Below are positions 1 to 11,390 of a stretch of DNA of 64,000 nucleotides, piece by piece (position 1 is the stretch's first letter; every line of letters starts with the position of its first letter). Below the pieces are notes generated by a model, which did not search any database, was not told where the DNA came from, and saw nothing but the letters and a program-made list of their open reading frames with translations. Made by a program: the position numbers and the translations under genes. Source of the DNA: an uncultured Planctomycetaceae bacterium (lineage in GTDB: Bacteria; Planctomycetota; Planctomycetia; Pirellulales; PALSA-1355); NCBI GenBank assembly GCA_963785305.1, contig CAWAUV010000006.1:1-64000 (forward strand), given 5' to 3'.

Positions 1-676
1 ACTCGCGCGCATGGTTTATTTCGAGCCGGTTCCATCGATCACGCGAGTCGTGTTCATGGGCACTCCCTTCCAGGGCTCGAGCTGGGCGCTGCGGTCGATC
101 GGCCGCGTGAGCTCCGATTTGATTCGGTTCGGCAGTCGCGAAAGTCTGGAATACAAGGCGTTCATGCGGGCCAATCGCGAGGTGTTCGCGCCGTATTTGT
201 GGCGTTCGCAGCCGACGACGATCGACATGCTCGAGCCGGACAGTCCGATTCTCAGGGCGCTCGGGCAAATGCCGATTCGGCCCGGAGTGAAGCTCCACAC
301 CGTGATCGGCGATGGCGACCCGCTGGCGCTGCGCGAACCGAGCGACGGTATTGTGACGGTCCGCAGCGCCCGGCATCCAGGCGTGGAGAGCGAGTTGATC
401 GTCGACGCGATTCACACCGAGCTCCATAGTGTTCCGCCCTCGATCGCCGAATTGGAGCGGATATTGCGGGTGCATATCGCCGAGGCATCGCTCGCGCCCA
501 TGCAGCCTCTGGCGGCCGCGGAGCGGCGAGCGAGCGAAACGCCGCCGCGTGTCGCATCGCGACCAAGAATCGAACCGCAATCGCGGCTCGCGCCGCGGCC
601 CGCGACTCCAGGGCCGGGCAGGCCCGTGAACTTGAAAGTTCCCGCGGCGAAGCATGCCGATGTGTTTGGCGACTAA
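1..676 (+). CDS. Alpha/beta-hydrolase (esterase/lipase-like), C-terminal part; 5' end lies outside the window
   Basis: VFMGTPFQGS, HTVIG, SDGIV and H motifs typical of the C-terminal half of lipase-like hydrolases; Pro-rich tail. Confidence 0.7.
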   Translation, partial: LARMVYFEPVPSITRVVFMGTPFQGSSWALRSIGRVSSDLIRFGSRESLEYKAFMRANREVFAPYLWRSQPTTIDMLEPDSPILRALGQMPIRPGVKLHTVIGDGDPLALREPSDGIVTVRSARHPGVESELIVDAIHTELHSVPPSIAELERILRVHIAEASLAPMQPLAAAERRASETPPRVASRPRIEPQSRLAPRPATPGPGRPVNLKVPAAKHADVFGD

Positions 677-724
677 GCGTCGGCCGCCGATCGCGAGGCG
701 CCCAACGCCGGATGCCCGCGCGTT

Positions 725-1276
725 TCAATTGCCGGCGTCGGCCGATGGTTCGGCGGCGATGTGCTTCGCCTTGCGGCGATCGTGCCGCAAGATCGTGATC
801 AAATAAATAAGGATCGCGACATTGGCCAGCAGCAGAACAATGCGCGGCGCCGTCACCCGGTTCATAATGCTGATGATCTCGAATGGCAAGGCGGAAGCGG
901 TGAGCACCGTGGTCATATATTCGGCCCAACGCTTATGAAGGCACAGACCCACGCCTTCGGTCAAGAACAACGCCGCGTAAAGAAACGAAACGATTCCGAT
1001 CTCGCGCAGTCGATGGTCATCGAGCCCGGCGATTTTAGATAACAGTTCCTCGATGTGCCGGTTGCCCGGATCGAGATGCAGCCATTCGATCCACCGCGAG
1101 GCTCGGGCGGCGACATCGTCGGGGGCCACGCGGAGCGCCAGCACCCCGAGCGCCACGAGCAACCCGGCTTTCACGAGCTTGAACGCGCCGATCAAGAGCA
1201 GCGGCGCCGCATGCGGCTGGTCGCGCAGCCGGGGCCGGGGCGAGCTTGGGCTTCGGGGGATCGATTCGGCGTCCAT
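725..1276 (-). CDS. DUF2127-family membrane protein
   Basis: IGAFKLVKA, YAALFLTEGVGL, KRWAEY and LPFE motifs; about 4 hydrophobic segments. Confidence 0.8.
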   Translation of the reverse strand: MDAESIPRSPSSPRPRLRDQPHAAPLLLIGAFKLVKAGLLVALGVLALRVAPDDVAARASRWIEWLHLDPGNRHIEELLSKIAGLDDHRLREIGIVSFLYAALFLTEGVGLCLHKRWAEYMTTVLTASALPFEIISIMNRVTAPRIVLLLANVAILIYLITILRHDRRKAKHIAAEPSADAGN

Positions 1277-1353
1277 TGCCAGGATATCTCCTCAAAGAAA
1301 GACAATCGGTCGAAATCGCGGCGCGGCAAGTCCTCGCGACCCATCCGGTTTAT

Positions 1354-2569
1354 TCAATCAAGCGAATCGCCGCGCAAGCGTTCTTCGGCTTGCTGGGCCC
1401 AGGGGCTGTCGGGCGCTAAACGCAAGAAAATTTGCCAGTGACGCTCGGCCTCGACCTGGCGGCCCATTTCGTCGAGCGTGGCGGCTAGGTGATAGTGCGC
1501 GTCGGGATATTCCGGATGCAGCGAGAGCGCGCCCTCGAATGCCGCCACCGCGAGCTCCGGCTGGCCAAGCTCGACCAACACACAACCCAGATTCGCGCGC
1601 GCCTCGACATAACCTTCGTCGAGCTCGACCGCCATATAAAGCCGTTCGCGAGCGCCCGCGAGATCGTTGATTTGATAGAGCAGCTCGGCGAGCAAGAAGC
1701 ACGAATCGGCCGTGGGTCCGCCGGCGGCCATGGCGGCCCGCACCAAGTCGGCGGCGCCCGCGAGATCGCCATCGTCTTCCAGGAGCGAGGCCAAGTGCAG
1801 CATTTCGTCGGGAGTGGCCAGCGGCGGTTGGGCCTCGGCGCGGGCCGCGGGCGATCGTGGCGCTGGCCAGCGGCAAGCGCAGGGCGGCGGGTTGTTCGTT
1901 CGCCGCGCGATCGTCTTCGAAGTCGAATCGTAGTTGCCCGCCGGGCTCGATCAAACCGGCCCCTTGTCGGAGCAGCAATTGCTTGCCTTCGATCATCACC
2001 GACAATTGGGCAAGCGGCCGATCGACATGGGGAAGATATTTCGACAGCGCCGCGAGCTTCTTCTCGATGGCGCCGGGCGACATTCCGGCCGCCAGCAGCT
2101 CGGCCAGCCGCCGGGCGGTGGCTACTTCTTGAAAGTCGAAATAGGGCAGTCGTCGGACTTCGCGCTTGGGAATAATGAGCTTGCGCCGATGCCAGCGGCG
2201 AATCACCGCCACGCTTACCTTGAGCAGTCCGGCGAGCATACCGGGCGTGTACAGGCGGCGGCCTTCGTCGTCGGCCTCGACTAGCCCGAGCCGTTGCCAG
2301 AGTTGGGTTTCGGAAATCACTTCGATCGCCCCGCGCGCGGCGGCGGCGCGAGTGGCTTCATCGAGAGTTTCGACGAGCGAATTGTCGGCGAGCAGTTCGT
2401 CTTCGCCCACCACCACTAGGTCCGCGTCGGCATCGAGTTTTTCGACGCACACGCCGCCGTGGACTCGCACAAGCTGCTGCGCCTCGCGCCGCGACATGCC
2501 CGCGAGCTTGCCGACGATCAATATCTTTCGTCCGTCGATCGGACGTTCGGCTGTTTGCGAGTCGGGCAT
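1354..2569 (-). CDS. BRCT + MerR-type HTH + TPR protein (frameshift near 1850)
   Basis: N-terminal GKLAGMSRREAQQLV..HGG..ADLVVVGE (LigA-like BRCT); YTPGMLAGLLKVSVAVIRRWHRRKLI (MerR HTH); TPR repeats in ORF 1354..1803. Confidence 0.8.
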
Positions 2570-2704
2570 GGCGAGGTGTTGAATCGAACCCGAGTGGGGC
2601 AGTGGAAGCGGCGCCGGAAAACGAATCGCCGGAAATCGAATCCAAGTCGCCGCGACAGCGCTTGCTCTTCGGGAAAAGGAATGGATTGCGGCATCGCATT
2701 CTAG

Positions 2705-2853
2705 CAGCCTGTTGAAATATTCAACAGGCGGCGCAGCCGCATGCCCGCGGCGCCAAAATAACGACCTTCGTCATTATTTTGCGAGCCGCGCCGAACTTTG
2801 CTCGGCGCTTGGCGAGGTTGAAAGTTGCCACGATGGCATTTTTCAACAGACTG
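2705..2853. mobile_element. 149-bp MITE family A (IS5-like ends), copy 1
   Basis: Terminal inverted repeats CAGCCTGTTGAAA / TTTCAACAGACTG, preceded by CTAG; homologous copy at 63781-63929. Confidence 0.75.
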
Positions 2854-3262
2854 ATCGTCGATTCACCGCCCTCGGGCGTGACAATTCCGTCGTCCGATCC
2901 GAGGAATCATTGGGTTCGCGCGAATCGAGCCGCGTCCGGCCTTGTTTCCGCCGCTATTCACCGAGTTATTTCCCTTTGCAGATGGATTGCGAATAGGTCG
3001 ATTTCGGACCGGGCGCGGGGGCTTCGTTTGCGGATTGCCGCGGCTCGCAATGTTGATTCGAAAAAATCGGGAAGTTACTATGGAGCCCGACTCGCGGCGC
3101 TTTTTTTGGGGGGAAACGGGTCGCCGCGCACGCGGCCCATGGCGTCCTGGCTTATCCTCGCTTGAAACCGTCGCTATTCGCGGCGGGCGAGCCGCGCGTC
3201 GTTTTTCGATTTCTCCCTTCCGCGCGTTTGCTTCCACCACGCCATTGCAATCCAGGCTCCTG

Positions 3263-6200
3263 ATGTACCTCTTTCGCCATCTGCCTTCTCTTCACGAACG
3301 AACTCTCGCGGTGGCCGACGCGCCGGGCGCGGCGCCGCGATCTTCGCGCGTCCACGGCGTCGCCGGTCTCCGATCGCGCGAGTGCGGCTCGTTGTCGAAG
3401 CGCTCGAAATGCGGGCACTGCTCTCGGCCTCGACCGCCAGCGTGGGACTCACTCCCGCCCAGGTGCGCGAGGCCTATGGCGTCGACAATATCGAGTTCGG
3501 CTCGGGCGCCAACCAAGTGGTGGGCAACGGCGCGGGCCAAACCATTGCCATTATCGATCCGGGCGACGATCCGGCCTTGGTCGACACCGGCGCCCCGGCT
3601 TCGCCACCAGCGATCTGGCGGTCTTCGATCAGTTGTACGGCTTGCCCGATCCGCCGAGTTTTCAAGTGGTGGGCGAAAACGGCTTGGCCAGCGATCGGCC
3701 GAGTTACATTCAAATTACGAGCGTCGTGAACACCGCGAATTCCGTGACCTGCACGGTCACGACCAGTTCGGCCGATGGCCTCTCGGTGGGCGACAGCGTG
3801 ACGCTTTTCGGAACTTTGAATCCGAACTACGATGGCGCAAACGGTTGCCTCCGTGATCAGTCCCACGCAGTTCACGTTTGACTTGTACGCGGTCCCACCT
3901 TCCACGCTACCCAGCGCCAGTTCGGGCACGCTCAATAACCCGGTCGAGACCGCGGAAACGGCGCAAGATGTCGAATGGGCGCACGCGATGGCGCCCGATG
4001 CGAATATCGTGCTCATTGAAATGCAGGGATTCGCGGAATCCGACATTCAGGCAGCGCTGGCGGCGGTGCAAACCGTGGGCGCATCGGTCGTGTCGATGAG
4101 TTTTGGCGGCGGCGAGTCCCCCGGGGAAACCGGCTCGGATTCGACGATTACGAACGACAGCAACTTCCAATTATCGGGCGTGACTTACATTGCCAGCTCC
4201 GGCGACCAGGGGGCGCCGCCGGTTTATCCCTCGACTTCGCCCGATGTCGTGGCCGCCGGCGCGACGAATTTAAATGTTAATTCCGATGGTTCCTACGCCG
4301 TGGAAACCGGCTGGAGCAATCCCGGCGATGTCATCAGCGCGAACGAATCGGGGCAAACGGTCACGATTACCACCGCCAACGAAACCGGGCTCATTACGGG
4401 CAATCAGGTCTCGATCACGGGCGAAGGCAATTACGACGGCACGTATACCGTCGCTTCCACGCCGACCAATACATCGTTCACCTTCATCGACACGAGCCTC
4501 GGCCTGACACCGCTGACGACCACGGCAATCGTAAGCGCCACTGAAGACGCCTTGGGAAACGTGACCGTGACCACCGCGACGCCGGTGAACACCTTCGCCG
4601 GTGATTATGTCACGATCTCGAATGTCGCCAATTCAGGGTACGACGGTGTGATGCAGGTTGAATCGGTGACCGCCACCTCGGTCACCTATTCCGACCCCAA
4701 CATTGGGCTCGCGCCCTCGACCGGCGGCAGCGTCGATGGCGTGCAGTACGGTGCGCAGTCCATCGGTCCGACCGGGACCAATGTCGGCGGAACCTCCGGC
4801 GGTTTGAGCGCCTATGAGACCCAGCCATCGTATCAACAAGGCACGGTCACCAAAGTTCCCCAGAGCCTCACCGCCAGAACGACGCCCGATCTTTCATTCG
4901 TCGGCGGCACGCCCACGCCGGTCGATGCCTACGACACCTACAACGGCGGCGTGTATCCGGGCGGCGGCACGAGTCTTTCAGCGCCGGGGCTCGCTGGCAT
5001 GATGGCGATCGTGGATCAGGGACGGGCCGCCGCGGGACTCACGCCGCTCGGCAGCGTGCAAACTCTCACCGCCCTCTACGACACGCCGCTCTACGACTTT
5101 CACGATGTCACGGTCGGCTACAACGGCTACGACGCCGGACCAGGCTACGACCTCGTGACCGGCATCGGCGCCCCGGTCGGCAATCAATTGCTCTTCGACT
5201 TGGCCAATGTCAACGGCGGCGTCACCGGTCCGCTGAACTACGAAGCGCCCGAGCAATACACCGCCGCCGGCGCTCCGATCGCCAACAACATGCAGCTCGA
5301 GCTCAGCGGTTCGACAATCGAGATCTTCGACAATGGCGCGTTGGTCGACGCGCGGGCGCTGGCCGACACGACCGCGATCAATATCAACGGCGGCGACAAT
5401 GTCGCCAACACGCTGACCGTGAATTTCAACGGCGGCAATATGATTCCCGCCGGCGGACTCAATTACAGCGGCATCGCCTACGATGGCGGAACCGAGGGCA
5501 GCGCCGAGGCGATCGTGTTGCAAGGCCAGCCGCCCTCGGGCCCCTTTGGCAGCGTGGTGGCCACTTCGACCGGCCCGCAATCGGGCACGGTGCTCATCAA
5601 CGGAACATCACTCATCACCTATTCCGACGCCACGCTCACCGCGCCGCCAATCGCATTGAACGACTCGGCGTCGCTCTACGAAGGCACGTCGACCGTGATC
5701 GATGTGCTGGCCAACGATTCCACGCCGATCGGCACGCTTGTTCCCGCGAGCGTGACGATTGTGGGCGGCCCCAGCCACGGCACGGCCATCGTCGATCCCA
5801 CGACCGGCGCCGTGACCTACACTCCGGCGCCCGGATTTTATGGAACCGATTCGTTCGAATACACGGTGGCCAATAGCGTGGGCGGAGTGTCGGCGCCGGC
5901 CACGGTGAGCCTCACCGTGATCTTGACTCATGCGCCGATCGCCAGCAACGCGTGGCTCCAAACCGCCACGAACACGCCGCTGGCGATCGATCTCGAAAAC
6001 TTGGTCACCGCGCCGGATAACAATCTCGACCCGACCAGCTTTCAAATCGTGAGTGGCGCCTCGAATGGCTCGGCCTCGCTCGGCTCGCTCGGCGTGGTCA
6101 CTTACACGCCCAACACCGGTTTCGTCGGCGGCGACACGTTTACCTATCGCGTGTCGAGCACCGTGGGCGCTGTGTCCAATATCGCCACCGTGACGATCAT

Positions 6201-7872
6201 CGTCGGCCCCGTGGGCAGCCTCGCGGGCTATGCCTATGTCGACGCGAACGACAACGGCGTGAAGGACTCGGGCGAAACCGGCATCGGCGGCGTGACGGTC
6301 ACGCTCGACAAAACCGATGGCAATTTCACATTCGCCGAAACCACCACCACCGCCGCCGATGGTTCCTATTCGTTCGACATCCTGCCGGCCGGGCTGTACA
6401 CGATCACGGAAACCGAGCCCGCGATCTTTGACCACGGCATCGACACCGTGGGCTCGGCGGGCGCCGCCGGTCCCTCGGCCAGCGGCCAGTTCGCCAACAT
6501 CACCCTGGCCACCGCCGTCAACGCCACCGGTTACGATTTCGGCGAACTTGGACTGAGAGCGCAGTTTGTCGCCGCCTATCTCAGCGAACGGGCCTTCTTC
6601 GCCTCGGCCGAACAAACCGAGTCAGCGCTCAATCTCAACGGCGGCAGCGTCTACTACGCCTACAATGGTGGAATCAACGGAACATTGAATGTGTTGGCCG
6701 CCGCCGGCGGCTCGGGCAATGTGCAAATTCAAGTGCTCAACGACAACTTGCAAGTGGTCGCCACTTCGGCCGTGAGCTCCACCAGCGCCCAGCTCACATT
6801 CCAAGGCACGGTGAATCAGCCGTATTTCCTCAAAGTATCGGGCACCAGCAAGTCGGCCACCGTGCAGGCCGCGATTGCCAACATCTCGGTCTGGCAGAAT
6901 ACCAATGATCCGCTCGACGTGACCGGCGACGCCACGGTCGGGCCGCTCGACGCCCTACTTGAAATCAGGCTCCTCAATAGTCCGGGCGGCGATTCACTCG
7001 CCAACAAGGCAATCTTGCCGGGCGAATACCCCGACGTGCTTGGCACGGGCCAACTCTCGCCGATCGACGTGCTCAAAATCCTCGACGCCCTCAATACCCA
7101 GTCCGCCGGTTCGGGCTCAGGAGGTTCGGGTTCAGGGTCTGGCACGGGAACCGGCACGGGCACGGGCTCCGGATCGGGCACGGGGTCGTCGGGCTCCGGC
7201 TCGGGATCCATCGGCTCAAGCGGCGGCACTATCTTTACATTGATGCCGGTCGAGCACCGGCCGTCGTCCGCCGACATTCCCAGCGACACGACCAGCGTGG
7301 GCTCCAACGCCGACTCGACTTTGTCGCTTGTCGCCGAGACGTCGAACAGCGTAGCGTCGGGTAGTGCGGCGTCGGGCAGTGTGTCTCCGACAAACACATC
7401 GCTGGTCGGCGCCCCCTTGGCCGCCGGAGCGACTGGCGGTGTCGCGACAATCGCGGTGACCTCGCCGCCGGCGATCGCGCCTTCGGCGACCGATTCCGTG
7501 GTCGACGCCGCGCTGCTGGAACTTGTGCCGGATATGTCTCCGAGCGCAAACGCAAGCCAGTCGGGTTTGACGTCGCTCGTGGGCATTGCCAGCAGTGCTC
7601 CGGCGAGCGCCACGGTCGCGAATTCCACGTTGTCGCGGCCGCCCTTGGCTCTCGGCTCAACATTGTCGGCCGGCGGCGTTTCGGCCGATCAGACGCTCAT
7701 CAACAGGGCGGTCGATCGTGTTTTCACGACGGAAGGCGATCTCGGCTCCGCGGCCGACAATGCCGCGCCGAGCGATGGGGCCGCGTTTTTGGGCCTTGTG
7801 CTGGGCCGTCCGACCGGCGGAAATATCTCCGCCGACGACCATGCCGCCCCTCGCGGTCAAAATCGATCTTGA
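3263..7872 (+). CDS. Large secreted S53 (sedolisin-like) serine peptidase with Ig-like (Big_9/tandem-95), SdrD-B-like and dockerin-like domains; frameshifts in the 5' part, start approximate
   Basis: RLVVEALEMRALLS planctomycete leader motif; ETAQDVEWAHAMAP, SSGDQG, GGTSLSAP and GYDLVTGIG; DVLAND..YTP..GFYGTDSFEYTV repeats; YVDANDNGVKDSGE; DVTGD..PLDAL duplicated motif; Gly/Ser linker. Confidence 0.8.
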
Positions 7873-8063
7873 CGCAATCGCGAAAATCCCCAGAATTCGC
7901 CTCTCAGTGACTTCGGGCATCCCGTCGCGGACCGCAACGTGTCGGGATGAACGCGCGGCCGGAACCAGGATCGGTTCCACGGGCCCGTGCCCCGTCGCGA
8001 TACGTTCCAATCGTTTCTCGAATTGTGCTTGCCGTCGGCGCAATGGCATGGAGGCCTGGCGCG

Positions 8064-9589
8064 ATGCCGCAGTCCAGCGAACCCACGGGCGGTGTCCGCC
8101 TCTCGACGCTGCTTCCGAGCGCCAATTTTTTGGCGCTCGTGATTTCGTCGTGCGATCTTGCACCGCCGATTCACGCACGGTGCGCCCCGGCGATCTGTTC
8201 GTGGCGCTTGCGGGGGTCGAGGCCGATGGCCATGATTTCGCCGCCGCCGCTGTTTCGCGCGGCGCCTCGGCCGTGCTTGGCGAGCGAATGTTGCCGCTCG
8301 GCGGCGCGCCGCAATGCGTCGTTCCCAACGCCCGCGCGGCCTTTGGGCTGCTTTGTCAAACACTCGCCGGCAATCCCAGCCGAAGGCTCAAGGTGATCGG
8401 CGTCACCGGCACCAACGGCAAGACCACGACCACTGCGCTCATTGCCGGCGTGCTCCACGCCGCCGGGCATCGCGTGGGCACGCTCGGCACGCTCGGCTAC
8501 ACCGATGGCTACGACTGGGAGCCCGCCCCGCTCACGACCCCCTCGCCGCCGCTTTTGGCCACATGGCTCGCGCGGCTCGAAGCCTCGGGTTGCTCGCATG
8601 CGGTGATGGAGGTGTCGAGCCACGCGCTAACCCAATCGCGCTTGGCGGGCGTGACGCTCGACGCCGGCGTCGTGACCAATGTTCGCCACGATCATCTCGA
8701 CTATCACGGCACGCTCGAAAACTACGCCGCGGCCAAGGCTCGGCTGTTCGACTATATTCGCCCCCGCGGCCTGGTGGTGCTCAATGCCGACGACCCGATC
8801 ACCTGGACCCTGGCGCCGCGCTTGACCGGCCCGATGCTTTCCGTGGGCCTGTTGAGCGACGCGGAGCTCACGGCCACGGTGATCGACCGCTGCCGAAGCG
8901 AACAAACCTTTCTGCTCACCGCCGGCCGCGACACCACTCCGGTGCGCACCACGCTCCTGGGCGACCACAATATCGTCAACTGCTTGCAAGCCGTCGCCAT
9001 TGGGCTGGCCCATGGCATCGATCTGGAAACGGTCGTGCGGGGTATCGAGTCGGTCGATCGCGTGTCGGGGCGGCTCGAGCGAATCGAATGCGGCCAGCCG
9101 TTTGGCGTGTTCGTCGACTATGCCCACACGCCGCATGCCCTGGCCGCCGCGCTCGACACGCTGCGACAAGTTACCGATGGCAAGCTGATCTGCGTGTTTG
9201 GCGCCGGCGGCGAGCGCGATCGGGCCAAGCGACCGATCATGGGTCGCACGGTCGAATCCCGCGCCGATGTGGCGATCGTCACCACCGACAATCCACGCCG
9301 CGAGGATCCATCGCGAATCGTCGATGACATCCTCTCCGGAATGCGGCAACGCTCGCGGGCACAAGTGATCGCCGATCGCGCCGCCGCGATCCATCGGGCA
9401 CTGAGCCTCGCGGCGCCGGGCGACACGGTAATCGTGGCCGGAAAGGGACACGAAGAGTTTCAAATCCTCGCCGACGAGCGGCGCATGTTCGACGATCGCG
9501 AAGTGGCGCGGCGTTGGCTTTACAACCTCGCGCCGAGCGTCGAATCGTCGTGGCTCGCCGGCGCCTGGAGCAAAATGAGTAATTCCTAG
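8064..9589 (+). CDS. murE: UDP-MurNAc-L-Ala-D-Glu:meso-DAP ligase (frameshift near 8130)
   Basis: GVTGTNGKTTT, MEVSSH, DHLDYH, VDYAHTP, DNPR (DAP-specificity motif), AGKGHE. Confidence 0.95.
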
Positions 9590-9642
9590 GGAAACCAATC
9601 GCGCCCTCTCGTGGCGCCGTAGCGAAAGTTCGATGCGACCCC

Positions 9643-11064
9643 ATGTTTGATCTCACACTTAAAAACCTGCACGAAATCGTTGGTGGCCGGCTCCGCTTGG
9701 CCACGCTCGAGCCGCGCGATGGCGAGGCGACCAAGATCGGCCGTGTCGTTACCGACTCACGCGCGGTCGCCCCGGGAGAAACCTTTTGGGGACTCGCGGG
9801 TCCCAAGCACGATGGTTCGCTGTTTGCCGAGCAAGCCTTCGAAGCCGGCGCCGCCGGCGTCGTCGTCGCGGGGCGCTATGTCAAACCGTGGCCCGGCCGC
9901 TGGAGCCTCGAGGTCGACGCCGGCGATGCTTCGCTCGCGCGGCTCGCTGCTTGGAATCGGGCCGCGTTTGCCGGGCGAGTCGTCGCCGTGACCGGCAGTG
10001 TCGGCAAGACCACGACCCGGCAAATGATCTATGCCACGCTCGCGACCCGGTACGATGGAATCGCGAGCGCCAAGAACTTCAACAACCATATCGGAGTGCC
10101 GCTGAGCTTGCTCGCCTTGCGGCCCGATCATCAGTTCGCCGTGCTGGAGTTGGGCGCGAGCGCGCCGGGCGAGATCGCCTCGCTGGCCGCGCTGAGCCGG
10201 CCCGATATCGGCGTCATTACCTGCTTGGCCGAAGCGCATCTGGCCGGTTTCGGCGATCGCGCGGCCCTCGGCGCGGCCAAATGTGAATTGCTCGCGACCT
10301 TGCCCGACGGCGGACATGCGATCCTACCGGGCGACGATATCCACTTGCGGCGACTCGTGGCGGGTAGTCCGCCGCGGGCCCGCGTGCTTTGGTATGGCCG
10401 CTCGCTCGATTGCGATCTCGTGGCCACGCATGTCGAATCGCACGACGGACATCTCGCGTTTTGTGTCGATGGCCATCCGTTCGAGGCGCCGGTCTGGGGG
10501 CGTCACCATCTCACGAGCGCGCTGGCCGCCGTGGCAGTTGGCCGGCTGCATGGACTCTCGTCGCACGACATTGCTCGTGGACTTGCCGAATTTCAACCGC
10601 CGCCGATGCGCTGCGAAGTGGCGCCGGCCGGCGACGTGACCGTGATCAACGACAGCTACAACGCCAGCCCCACCGCGATGCGCGCCGCCCTCGAATTGCT
10701 GCGGGACTTCGACGCGCCGGGAAGGCGGATCGTGGTTTGCGGCGATATGCGCGAGCTGGGACCCGAGTCGGAGCAGTTGCATCGCAAGCTGGGCGACGAA
10801 GTGGTCACGCTCTGCGGGGCCGACATGCTCTTTGCTTGTGGAGAACATGCCCAGCATGTTCTCGCTGGCGCCACCGCGGCCGGCATGCCGCGCGGCCGCG
10901 CGACGGCGTGTCCCAACGTGGCTGATCTGACACCGGCGCTCGATGGCCTGCTCGAGCCGGGCGACGTGATTTTGGTGAAGGGCTCGCGCGGCTTGGCGCT
11001 CGAGCGAATCGTGGCGGAACTGCAACACCGACGCGGAGCCCCCGAAGCGGCCCGCGCGGCTTAA
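9643..11064 (+). CDS. murF: UDP-MurNAc-tripeptide:D-Ala-D-Ala ligase
   Basis: TGSVGKTTT, NFNNHIGVP, INDSYNASP, GDMRELG, VKGSRG. Confidence 0.95.
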   Translation: MFDLTLKNLHEIVGGRLRLATLEPRDGEATKIGRVVTDSRAVAPGETFWGLAGPKHDGSLFAEQAFEAGAAGVVVAGRYVKPWPGRWSLEVDAGDASLARLAAWNRAAFAGRVVAVTGSVGKTTTRQMIYATLATRYDGIASAKNFNNHIGVPLSLLALRPDHQFAVLELGASAPGEIASLAALSRPDIGVITCLAEAHLAGFGDRAALGAAKCELLATLPDGGHAILPGDDIHLRRLVAGSPPRARVLWYGRSLDCDLVATHVESHDGHLAFCVDGHPFEAPVWGRHHLTSALAAVAVGRLHGLSSHDIARGLAEFQPPPMRCEVAPAGDVTVINDSYNASPTAMRAALELLRDFDAPGRRIVVCGDMRELGPESEQLHRKLGDEVVTLCGADMLFACGEHAQHVLAGATAAGMPRGRATACPNVADLTPALDGLLEPGDVILVKGSRGLALERIVAELQHRRGAPEAARAA

Positions 11065-11390
11065 TCACGGCGACCGCGACTCGAACCGAAACGTCTTGGA
11101 AATCAGTTTCCTCACACACTCAAGGAACCATTTGTAAACTCCATCGCAGCACAAGGTTTGCGGGAACCTGAAGCTAACCCTCCCTCCTGGGTCTGGAGCA
11201 CTTACTCGCCGCCGATGATTACTGGGTCAATCGTCGCGGCGAGGCTTCACGATGGAGTTTATTGACTGAGCGCCGAGGCGGCCGCGTGCCGCCTCGGCGT
11301 CTCAGGGAACACCGTGAGACGGCGGCGAGCCGACGAAACGCCCGACGAAACGCCGGGCGACCGCTCGCTGCCGTCTCCCCCGAGGATGCG

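Noticed and set aside
7100..7230. Low-complexity GGCACG/GGCTCC repeats
   Set aside because: Encodes an ordinary Gly/Ser/Thr linker within the peptidase.
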